In this document: positions 23,896 to 34,439 of the stretch, piece after piece | Layout: each line of letters opens with the position of its first letter | How positions within the stretch are numbered: the first letter of the stretch is position 1 | Assembly: GCA_013203115.1 (NCBI GenBank) | Contig: JABMQW010000206.1 | Span: 1 to 58,953 of the forward strand | DNA length: 58,953 nt | Source: Fidelibacterota bacterium | Lineage (GTDB): Bacteria > Fidelibacterota > Marinisomatia > Marinisomatales > TCS56 | Reading direction: 5' to 3' | The notes under the pieces: generated by a model | What the model was told of the DNA's origin: nothing | The model's database searches: none | What the model saw: the letters and a program-made list of their open reading frames with translations, nothing else | Program-made: the position numbers and the translations under genes

Positions 23896-25008
23896 TTATT
23901 GAACGATCTCAGCGGTGATTCGATTGCCGCTCAGACCGATAATTTTAAAGCTGAATCCATCGGGCGAGGTACGGACCAGACCCATGGCCAGATCCTGGGC
24001 TTTACCCTCAAATTCGATTTCATATTCAGCAACACCGTCATTCAGGCTCTTGGCATAGGCGTTCCGAATACCCGGAACAGTCTGCGCCTTCAGAAACGAT
24101 TCGAACAGCATGTACGAACCGAAATCGGCATTACTGACTACCATATAAATCTTTACAAAATTTGCTTGTTGAGTACTCCATTTGCGAATCAGTTGCTTAA
24201 TTATCTGCTGACCCAAATCCTCGGCCGCCTGATTAGTAGCATTCACCCCGGCCGTTGATTCGGAAATATGTGGTTTTTTTCCGCGTGCCTGGGGAACTAC
24301 TGCCAGAATTTCTCCCGTATCCGCTCGAATAATCTTGGCATTCATATCGGCCTGCCCGGAATACATATTATATATTTTCCCGCCTGAGCTGATCTTGATC
24401 GTTCCAACCACGATCACCTCTGCTCCCAGCATAGCGGCTATCTTGGCTGCTGCGGAAACATTTCCTTCCAGAGCCTGGGCATAGTCAGGTTTACCTTGCA
24501 GGGCGGCTACCAGTTGGCGATCGACAACATCAAAACCTTTTTCATAAAACATGGCCAGTAATTTTGTTTCGGCAAAATCGGTGGGGATTTTATCAATTAA
24601 GTTTTCTTCCTTCACCATGAACATTATTTTGGGCCGATTCATACTATTCAAAAGCACTTGCAGGGCGGTTTCATCCTGGAGGATCTGGTCCAGGATCTGG
24701 GTCACCTCCGCCTCAATGGTGACCTCCCACAAACCGTCCGGCCCCTGGCTCTCACTGAGGACCTGGAAGGTCTTCACAAATCCCTGGGCTTTGGAATAGA
24801 TGTTATCGGAAAAAACCATGGCATTCTTTACCACGGTTTCGGATGACATGATCGCACCAAGCCCATTTTCCACCGCATTACGCTTGGCCTGCTCGATGGC
24901 CGCATCACGATTTAATGCCATTCCCTCTCCGGTAACTTTCTGTGTCTGGGCACACAAAAATGTGGCCCCAATTACTAATAATAAAATGATGTGATTTGAT
25001 TTTTGCAT
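23896..25008 (-). CDS. FlgT-like / LPP20-like N-domain plus CsgG/TolB-N-like middle-domain periplasmic protein
   Basis: 370 aa. Signal peptide IILLLVIGATFLCAQ. N-module: KVTGEGMALNRDAAIEQAKRNAVENGLGAIMSSETVVKNAMVFSDNIYSKAQGFV. Middle module: RPKIMFMVKEE...AETKLLAMFYEKGFDVVDRQ...AAMLGAEVIVVGTIKIS...IIRADTGEIL. The family assignment rests on motif resemblance only. Confidence 0.5.
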   Translation of the reverse strand: MQKSNHIILLLVIGATFLCAQTQKVTGEGMALNRDAAIEQAKRNAVENGLGAIMSSETVVKNAMVFSDNIYSKAQGFVKTFQVLSESQGPDGLWEVTIEAEVTQILDQILQDETALQVLLNSMNRPKIMFMVKEENLIDKIPTDFAETKLLAMFYEKGFDVVDRQLVAALQGKPDYAQALEGNVSAAAKIAAMLGAEVIVVGTIKISSGGKIYNMYSGQADMNAKIIRADTGEILAVVPQARGKKPHISESTAGVNATNQAAEDLGQQIIKQLIRKWSTQQANFVKIYMVVSNADFGSYMLFESFLKAQTVPGIRNAYAKSLNDGVAEYEIEFEGKAQDLAMGLVRTSPDGFSFKIIGLSGNRITAEIVQ

Positions 25009-25212
25009 GTTCCCTCGACGAAGCTTTGTCTATTAGATCAATTTAAATTATTCATTTCACGTACAGAATGCAATGACATTCCCGGGTATTGTGATGTTAA
25101 TCAATAACAGACGATTGTGATATACCTCAATTTTCTTGCTGAGATATTTCATTTCCGCTGATTTCCGCTTATATTCGGTGCACATTATGTAAACACTACA
25201 GGGGAATCAAAC

Positions 25213-26337
25213 ATGAAAAATGTCCTCAGAATAATCTTATCCATTAGTTTGACACTATTATTACTCAACTGTTCTCAAAAACCGCAGAGTGCGATGGATA
25301 CACCCGAGTACCATTTTAAAGCCGGTCTGCGGTCGGTCGATAGCGGAAACTTTGCCGGTGCACGGACTTCTTTCCAGCGATCAATCGACCTGGATCGGAA
25401 ATTCGCTCCCGGTTATGCTGGTCTGGGCCTGGTAAGTGCTCTGGAGAAAAATGCTAAGGAAGCAAAACTCAATGTTAACAAGGCGTTAATGTACGCTGCC
25501 AAAGACCCTGAAGTCCTGGCCCTTGCTGGCCGGGTGTGGATTGAACTGCGCGATCTAGACCGTACCTGGTTTAATAAGGCTGAAGACTATTTAACCAAAG
25601 CCTTGCGCCAGAATGAAAATCATGAAGCAGCACTCTACTATCTCGGGCTGGCAAATCTGTATCAATACAATTTCCGCAATGCCGAAGGCTTCTTTAAGCG
25701 CGTCGTGGATGGCAAAGGTGAGTACGCTGCCAAAGCTGATGCGAAATGGGAACTGTCTCAAAAGGTCGTCCGGGCCGTTCCAGGCACGATGGCCGGTAAA
25801 AAAATAGCCCTTCAGGAGAAGATCACCAGGGCCGATCTGGCGGTGCTCTTGGCTGAAGAATTGAAGGTCGGTGAATTGATCTCCAAGCTGCCGCCACCTC
25901 CGCTCGGATTCCAAACTCCCGGCCAGATGGCTGCCAATCAAGCCGAGCTTAAACCGGCCGATACCCAGGGTCACTGGGCCGAAGGCTGGATCAATGAAGC
26001 GATGGAATATGGCATTCTTGATTTGAGTCCCGACGGCAATTTCTATCCCAATGAATACATCTCAAGGGCTAACTACGCTATGGCGGTCCAAAGACTGCTA
26101 GTAATTGCCACTCGCGACAACAGCCTGGAAACACGCTATTTTGGTGAAAGCCTCTCTCGCTTTTCCGACGTGCCAAGCTCGCATTTTGCCTATAATGCCA
26201 TGGCCCTGTGCACCGAACGGGGAATCATGAAAACGGATGTAATCACTTCCCGCTTCGATGCTGGCGGAAATGTCAGTGGCGCCGATGCCTTGTTAATCAT
26301 TCGTACATTGCAGAATTCATTACGGCAAACGTTTTAA
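25213..26337 (+). CDS. Lipoprotein with N-terminal TPR repeats and C-terminal SLH (S-layer homology) repeats
   Basis: Lipobox-like LLLLNCSQ. TPR-like helices span aa 30-170. SLH-type segments: ITRADLAVLLAEEL, DTQGHWAEGWINEAMEYGILDLSPDGNFYPNEYISRANYAMAVQRLL, FSDVPSSHFAYNAMALCTERGIMK...VSGADALLIIRTL. Confidence 0.7.
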   Translation: MKNVLRIILSISLTLLLLNCSQKPQSAMDTPEYHFKAGLRSVDSGNFAGARTSFQRSIDLDRKFAPGYAGLGLVSALEKNAKEAKLNVNKALMYAAKDPEVLALAGRVWIELRDLDRTWFNKAEDYLTKALRQNENHEAALYYLGLANLYQYNFRNAEGFFKRVVDGKGEYAAKADAKWELSQKVVRAVPGTMAGKKIALQEKITRADLAVLLAEELKVGELISKLPPPPLGFQTPGQMAANQAELKPADTQGHWAEGWINEAMEYGILDLSPDGNFYPNEYISRANYAMAVQRLLVIATRDNSLETRYFGESLSRFSDVPSSHFAYNAMALCTERGIMKTDVITSRFDAGGNVSGADALLIIRTLQNSLRQTF

Positions 26338-26369
26338 ACTGACGAGCAACATCAATTCGATATTACAGA

Positions 26370-26402
26370 GGCGATCCATTACCGGGGATCGCCTTTGTTT
26401 TT
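26370..26402 (+). terminator. Rho-independent terminator of the TPR-SLH gene
   Basis: Stem ggcgatcc (26370-26377) / ggatcgcc (26386-26393) with an 8-nt loop, followed by tttgttttt. Confidence 0.7.
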
Positions 26403-26433
26403 AGCACTGGAATCTATTTACAATTTGACGGGC

Positions 26434-26874
26434 ATGTTACACAGATCAAAAATTAAAACAAGCAGCTTTTTAATCATATTATTGCTTACCACCACAGCGG
26501 CTGAAAAACCACTAAGCAATCGCCAAATGGAGATCCTGGCTGCTAAAAAGCTGGAACATTATCCAAACGCACCAATAGTGCTGGGTTTCAGTGTATATTC
26601 CGATCATGCCAAAAATAACTGCCGGCTCGATGTACTAACAAACCGGAATCGTGTTCAAGGACATTTAATTATAGCTTTTTACACTTTGGCCGAAATATCC
26701 CCAAATATTAAAAGACCTCTTAAAAATTATATTGTATGCCTGCACTTCAACCAACATGGCCGTCGGCCGGAATTTTGGATTAGTGAGGCCCAAAAAGTCC
26801 GGGATTGTTTTATTCATCAAACCTTGGATCTGAAAACCTGGCTGGACCAGCATTTGTACCAAATTCAACTCTAA
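26434..26874 (+). CDS. Hypothetical secreted protein
   Basis: The track ORF starts at TTG 26395, inside the upstream terminator T-tract. The first ATG at 26434 gives MLHRSKIKTSSFLIILLLTTTAA (signal-like). No recognisable family. Confidence 0.4.
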   Translation: MLHRSKIKTSSFLIILLLTTTAAEKPLSNRQMEILAAKKLEHYPNAPIVLGFSVYSDHAKNNCRLDVLTNRNRVQGHLIIAFYTLAEISPNIKRPLKNYIVCLHFNQHGRRPEFWISEAQKVRDCFIHQTLDLKTWLDQHLYQIQL

Positions 26875-26979
26875 CTGTCATCAATAATTCATTTGGACTT
26901 AATGGATTAATGAATTAATCTGCCATCGTTGTTAATTTCCGGCATCGGCTCAACGGATTTAAAATACCGAGTACTACCA

Positions 26980-28437
26980 ATGGATTTATTATCAAAAATA
27001 CAGACTGAGTTTATTGGCCTGGACACCACCTACAAACTCGCTACTGGCGAAGGCAGTCGTAGAATATATCTGGATTCCACCGCCAGTACTCTGATGATGA
27101 AGGCCGCCCACAGCGCGATAGAGAAATTTTATCAACACTATGCCAATACTCACAGTTTGTTGCATTTTTCGGCTAAAATTTCCACCCAACAATATAATTG
27201 GGCACACGAACGAATTCTCAGTTTTTTAGCCGCCGATCCTGAACACTACACCTGCTTTTTCACCGGTAGTGGCTCCACGGCCGGCATCAACCGGATCGCC
27301 CGGGTATTCAGAGATTATCGACCGGACCGCGGTACTGCTTTCGTATCGCTGATGGAGCATCATTCCAATGATCTGCCCCACCGCAAACACGCCCGCAAAG
27401 TAGTCCATATTCCCTTTGAGATTAACTCCGGGAATCCCGGCTGCATTGATCTGGAAACTCTGGAAAAAGAACTGGAACGCCACAAATCCAGCGCCAGTTA
27501 TGTAGCCATTACCGGCGTAAGCAATGTAACCGGCATCATCAATCCGGTTTACGATATTGCCGAGCTGGCTCATCAATACGGCGCTTTCATCCTGGTCGAT
27601 GGCGCCCAGATGGCCGCCCACCTGCCGGTGCAGATCAGTGGCCATAAAAATCCGGCTCGCAATATCGATGCTTTTGTTTTTTCCGGTCATAAAACCTACG
27701 TTCCCGGTTCGCCAGGCGTCGTAATCTGCCGAAAAGATATCCTCAGCGCGCTCGAACCGGAGGAAGTAGGCGGCGGCATGGTGGACCAGGTTTTTGTGGA
27801 ACGCTACACCATTTCTACCAATTTTCCGGATCGTGAAGAAGCAGGCACACCCAATATACCCGGCGCCATCGGACTGGCGGCCGCTATCGAGATTATGGAT
27901 ACGATCGGCATGCAGACCATCTACGAAGATGAAGATGAGTTAATCCGCTATGCTTTAGATAAAATCTTGGCGATCACTGATGTTGTCGTTTATGGCGATA
28001 CCGATTGTACCCGTTGTCCCCGGGCTGCGTCGATTTCATTCAACATTCTTGGAATGGACCACGGACTGGTGGCAGCAGTTTTGAACGATTATTACGGCAT
28101 TGCCGTCCGCAATGAATGTTTCTGTGCTCACCCCTATGTGAAAGAAATGATCCGGGATTACCTATTGTCACGCGTTGGTCAAGTTGATTTCGATGACTTA
28201 AATATTAATTTGAAAATCAAGGCCGGTATGGTACGAGCATCTTTCGGGCTGTATAACACCAAAGAGGATATTGATCTGCTGGTGGCGGCCCTTAATGATA
28301 TTCAAACCAACCAGGCCAAGTATACTCCCCTATATCATATTGACAATCACGGTAATTATGTTCATAACCAATTTGATATGACCGCTGCTAATCCCTTCTC
28401 GGTACGTGATAATTTACTTAAGGAATTAGAACCCTGA
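26980..28437 (+). CDS. Class V aminotransferase-fold PLP enzyme (cysteine desulfurase/SufS-like family)
   Basis: Motifs: TGSGSTAGIN, LMEHHSNDLP, ITGVSNVTGI, and the PLP-lysine context DAFVFSGHKTYVPGSPGVV. The track start is TTG 26929; the first ATG is at 26980 (MDLLSKIQ). Confidence 0.85.
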   Translation: MDLLSKIQTEFIGLDTTYKLATGEGSRRIYLDSTASTLMMKAAHSAIEKFYQHYANTHSLLHFSAKISTQQYNWAHERILSFLAADPEHYTCFFTGSGSTAGINRIARVFRDYRPDRGTAFVSLMEHHSNDLPHRKHARKVVHIPFEINSGNPGCIDLETLEKELERHKSSASYVAITGVSNVTGIINPVYDIAELAHQYGAFILVDGAQMAAHLPVQISGHKNPARNIDAFVFSGHKTYVPGSPGVVICRKDILSALEPEEVGGGMVDQVFVERYTISTNFPDREEAGTPNIPGAIGLAAAIEIMDTIGMQTIYEDEDELIRYALDKILAITDVVVYGDTDCTRCPRAASISFNILGMDHGLVAAVLNDYYGIAVRNECFCAHPYVKEMIRDYLLSRVGQVDFDDLNINLKIKAGMVRASFGLYNTKEDIDLLVAALNDIQTNQAKYTPLYHIDNHGNYVHNQFDMTAANPFSVRDNLLKELEP

Positions 28438-28595
28438 TTTATCGTCTGCTCATCTACGGCTTTATCCTCACCAATCTTACGCTGGCACAGTCGGTTGTAA
28501 CTATCACGGCCGATTCAACCCTTAAAATTCCACGAGTTTTTCATCATCCCAAAAACGTCTTTCTCCAAGGATACCCCCAGGATATCGATCTGATT

Positions 28596-30886
<2,291 letters not shown>

Positions 30887-30899
30887 TTCAAGGCGGCTA

Positions 30900-31454
30900 A
30901 TGCAAAAAACAGCTTTCTTCCTGTCTTCGTTACTGTTATTTACTTCGCTATCGGCTACCGACTGGCGCGCCTTGGAGACCAGCCTGTCTCTGAGCCTTCA
31001 AGGCAGTAACACGTGCCCAATGACCGATTACCTGTTTGAATCAATATCGCTCCTGACGCCAGCGCTCGAGGTAGGTAATGCTTTTTATTACCGCTTAGAA
31101 GCTGATACCGATAGTTACCGGTCGATTGCAATCACATTAATCAGTACCCAAGTCATTACCACCGGATTAAAATATCTGATACACCGCCCTCGCCCCGCGC
31201 GTACCTACCAACCACGAATATGGAATACCCGGATAACACCGTCATTTCCATCGGGGCATACCGCTTCGTCAGCAGCCTATGCCACTATCATCAGTCTACG
31301 CTATCCCCGCTACGCGCCCCTTATGGCCGGATTTGCCCTCCTCTCCGGGTACAGTCAGATTTATGTGGGAAACCATTACCTTAGTGATGTCCTGGCCGGA
31401 CTATTGGTGGGTTATCTGACAGGTTATCTGGTAAATGAAACAGCGCTGAACTAA
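30900..31454 (+). CDS. PAP2-family membrane phosphatase
   Basis: PAP2 signature triad KYLIHRPRP / FPSGHT / YVGNHYLSDV, plus hydrophobic helices. Confidence 0.85.
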   Translation: MQKTAFFLSSLLLFTSLSATDWRALETSLSLSLQGSNTCPMTDYLFESISLLTPALEVGNAFYYRLEADTDSYRSIAITLISTQVITTGLKYLIHRPRPARTYQPRIWNTRITPSFPSGHTASSAAYATIISLRYPRYAPLMAGFALLSGYSQIYVGNHYLSDVLAGLLVGYLTGYLVNETALN

Positions 31455-31551
31455 AAACTACCGGGATCAACTACGAATGGACTGGGCCGGGCTGTGGATG
31501 AGCATTAGTTTCTAAATGCAAATCCCTGTCGCTTATTGAATCAAGTCAGTT

Positions 31552-32121
31552 TTATTTATCAGTTCCCACATAGGACAAATCAACAGAAACGCGTATCTGA
31601 TCTTTCTCAAGCACCAGCTCCTGGGAGATAGTGGTTACGGCAATACTCCTGGTCTTCGATTTTGAAGTTTCCATTTCAATTATCTTCTGCACCGGTTGTG
31701 GCCCATTAAATTCGAATTTCGGTTTATAATACTTGGCAATATCTACTTGCCCGACCTTTATTTTTTTACCCAGAACTTTGATATATATCTTGAAAATCGC
31801 CTTTTCGACTTCCATGAAAATCTTATTTTTCTCGACATCAAAAGTCACATTGACCTTGCTCTTTATCTTATCACTGAATTTGAAGATACCAGCATCCAGG
31901 TCTACCGTAGCCAGGAACTCAGCCGATCCCGGCTCAAAATCGAAACTGGCTTTTTTAACCTTCCATTTATACTTAACTCCTTTATTACTACCTTTACCAG
32001 AAACCGGACCAACGGCAGCAATAAAATCATTCACAGTTTTCTCAGTAATAACAACTGACACATCGGCGGCTTGAGCAGCACAAAATAGCATGATAATAAG
32101 TACGATAGTTCTGTTAATCAT
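31552..32121 (-). CDS. Hypothetical secreted Lys-rich protein
   Basis: The ORF runs 31552-32160. The internal ATG at 32121 gives the signal peptide MINRTIVLIIMLFCAAQA. No family recognised. Confidence 0.5.
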   Translation of the reverse strand: MINRTIVLIIMLFCAAQAADVSVVITEKTVNDFIAAVGPVSGKGSNKGVKYKWKVKKASFDFEPGSAEFLATVDLDAGIFKFSDKIKSKVNVTFDVEKNKIFMEVEKAIFKIYIKVLGKKIKVGQVDIAKYYKPKFEFNGPQPVQKIIEMETSKSKTRSIAVTTISQELVLEKDQIRVSVDLSYVGTDK

Positions 32122-32280
32122 ATTTCCTCCCTCAGTTTTATGATCGATTAAATTATTCATACACTAAAATAAAGCTTGAGTTTATTTCACAGGTCGATAA
32201 TTTTAGCCATTGGAATGTTTGGCTCAAGATACTAAAAAAGCCAGTTTTAATTTGATTGATTACCTAAAGGTATCATAATT

Positions 32281-32643
32281 ATGATGAAAATCGAAAATGT
32301 AGTTGATGATATTGTTCTATTGATCTTGGATAATCCCGAACCCCTGAAAGACTTGGGATTAAGCCAGAACTCCATCTACACTAGAATCAAGGGTTATGAT
32401 GAATATGGTCTGTGGATCGAACATCCCGGATTAAAAATCCCCCAATTACCCAAAGATAAGGATATCAAGGATAGGAAAGTACCAAAGAGTCCTAAATTTC
32501 AAACCGTAGTGGCAACCGTTTTGATTCCCTGGAATTTCGTTGCTTCTATCGTCCACTTTCCGAATGTGGAAGGTTTTGATTTCCCGAGTCCATTTGAACA
32601 CCAAATAGGATTTGAAATTAGTGATAAAACCACCGGCGATTGA
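32281..32643 (+). CDS. Hypothetical protein, apparently translationally coupled to the ABC ATPase
   Basis: 120-aa ORF with an ATG start. Its stop lies 23-32 nt inside the start region of the downstream ABC ATPase gene. No family recognised. Confidence 0.4.
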   Translation: MMKIENVVDDIVLLILDNPEPLKDLGLSQNSIYTRIKGYDEYGLWIEHPGLKIPQLPKDKDIKDRKVPKSPKFQTVVATVLIPWNFVASIVHFPNVEGFDFPSPFEHQIGFEISDKTTGD

Positions 32644-33553
32644 AATACAGGGCCTGACTAAGGCTTATAATGGTGTCAAAGCCCTACAGGGAGTTGATAT
32701 CACTATCGAGGAAGGTCAGTTTTACGGACTGCTGGGTCCCAATGGGGCCGGGAAGTCGACCACGATCAATATTTTAACCGGGCTGGTTCGCCGCGAAGCA
32801 GGGAGTACCAAGATATTTGGCCGGGACACAGTAAAAGACTTTCGCTTTACTCGTGCCCAGCTTGGGATTGCCGCTCAGGAATTACCTATCGACTGGTTTT
32901 TCCCGATCAAAAAATTGCTGGCCTTCCAGGCCGGATACTACGGTATTTCAAAGCGGCAGGCTCAAGCGCAAATCGATGAACTGCTGGAACGGCTTGGTCT
33001 AAGTAAAAAACGGAATTCCCGCCTGCGTCAATTATCCGGGGGAATGAAGCGGCGCTACCAAATAGCCAAAGCTCTGGTTCATAATCCAAAAATAATCATT
33101 CTGGATGAACCGACCGCCGGAGTGGATGTGGAACTGCGCCATGAATTATGGGACTATTTACGGGAGCTTCACAAAGCCGGCAAAACAATTTTGCTCACTA
33201 CCCATTATATCGAAGAGGCTGAATTACTCTGCGAGGAAGTGGCGATAATTGATGAAGGTAAGATCATCAAGCAGGGGCAGCCCCAACAATTGACCCGCGA
33301 ATTGGGCCGTTCCGGTGTAACTATCCACCTGTCCGGGTGGCATGCTGATTTACCGAACCTGCTCAGCGAATACACCTGTACCGATTGCGACCAGGGACGC
33401 CTTCATTTTACGATGCGCGAACCAGAGCAGGCCCTACCCAGTATAATCAAAATTCTGGTGGAAAAAGGTTGTCATATCCACCGCATCGAGACCGAAAGAT
33501 CATCCCTGGAAGATGTGTTTTTATCACTGACCGGCAAAGGAATCGATCGATGA
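32612..33553 (+). CDS. ABC transporter ATP-binding protein (ABC-2 exporter type, YadG-like)
   Basis: Walker A GPNGAGKST, signature LSGGMKRR, Walker B IIILDEPTAGVD, H-loop LLTTHYIEEA. The start is TTG 32612 or GTG 32621. Confidence 0.9.
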   Translation: MKLVIKPPAIEIQGLTKAYNGVKALQGVDITIEEGQFYGLLGPNGAGKSTTINILTGLVRREAGSTKIFGRDTVKDFRFTRAQLGIAAQELPIDWFFPIKKLLAFQAGYYGISKRQAQAQIDELLERLGLSKKRNSRLRQLSGGMKRRYQIAKALVHNPKIIILDEPTAGVDVELRHELWDYLRELHKAGKTILLTTHYIEEAELLCEEVAIIDEGKIIKQGQPQQLTRELGRSGVTIHLSGWHADLPNLLSEYTCTDCDQGRLHFTMREPEQALPSIIKILVEKGCHIHRIETERSSLEDVFLSLTGKGIDR

Positions 33554-34323
33554 CCAGCCGGATAAACTGGATCGGATTATGGACCTTGATTCAGCGCGAG
33601 GTGGGACGCTTTTTTTCAGTTTACCGGCAGACCGTTTTGCCGGGATTGATATCGTCAACCCTGTACATTCTGGTCTTTGGCTTTACGCTGCAGCGACGGA
33701 TCTCAGAAATCGATGGTGTCAGTTATACTTTATTCATCATACCTGGTTTGATCATGATGAACACCCTCACCAATGCCAGCGCTAATACATCTTCTTCCAT
33801 GCTACAAATGAAGCTGCTTCAGCAACTACCCGATATTCTTACCGCTCCATTGTCCAGTCTGGAACTGAGTCTGGCTTATATTATTGGCGGTACGGTACGG
33901 GGAACGGTCAATGGAATTCTGGTAATGCTGCTAGGCATGGTTCTGGTGGGATTGCCCATACAGCACCCGGTTTTAACAATCGGATTTATTATTCTGGTAT
34001 CATGGTGCTTTGCCAGTATCGGATTACTGCTGGGGCAACTGGCCGACACCTGGGATCAATTGGCCATGCTGAATAATTTTTTCCTGACACCGCTTAGCTT
34101 TCTTGGCGGAATTTTTTATTCCATTAAAATGTTGCCGGATTGGGCCCAAACGATCAGTTTCATCAATCCAATTTATTACATGATCAACGGTATCCGCTAC
34201 GCTACAATCGGGGTCTACGATTCTCGACCGTCGGTCAGCTTTCTGATGGCGGCATTAATGACGATCATCTTTACCGCGGCTGCCATGCTGCTAATGCGCA
34301 GTGGGCGCAAGATCAAGCAGTAA
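33550..34323 (+). CDS. ABC-2 type transporter permease (YadH-like)
   Basis: The ATG at 33550 overlaps the ATPase stop (ATGA). MTSRINWIGLWTLIQREVGRFF.. is followed by about 6 hydrophobic helices. The track ORF's 55-aa N-terminal extension (from 33385) lies inside the ATPase gene and is rejected. Confidence 0.8.
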   Translation: MTSRINWIGLWTLIQREVGRFFSVYRQTVLPGLISSTLYILVFGFTLQRRISEIDGVSYTLFIIPGLIMMNTLTNASANTSSSMLQMKLLQQLPDILTAPLSSLELSLAYIIGGTVRGTVNGILVMLLGMVLVGLPIQHPVLTIGFIILVSWCFASIGLLLGQLADTWDQLAMLNNFFLTPLSFLGGIFYSIKMLPDWAQTISFINPIYYMINGIRYATIGVYDSRPSVSFLMAALMTIIFTAAAMLLMRSGRKIKQ

Positions 34324-34439
34324 ACACTACCTATGCAGCCAGTCACATAAACGGATCGGCCGCCACAGCGTAAGCGAGAATAGTATTTTATTTAAAAAAC
34401 ACTGTCTTAAATTCCATTTGTAATTCGGGAAGCTATAAC

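Noticed and set aside
33385-33549. A 55-aa N-terminal extension of the ABC-2 permease ORF as listed in the track.
   Set aside because: It lies inside the ABC ATPase gene in another frame and is Arg/Pro-rich. The ATG at 33550 gives an ATGA overlap and a typical permease N-terminus.
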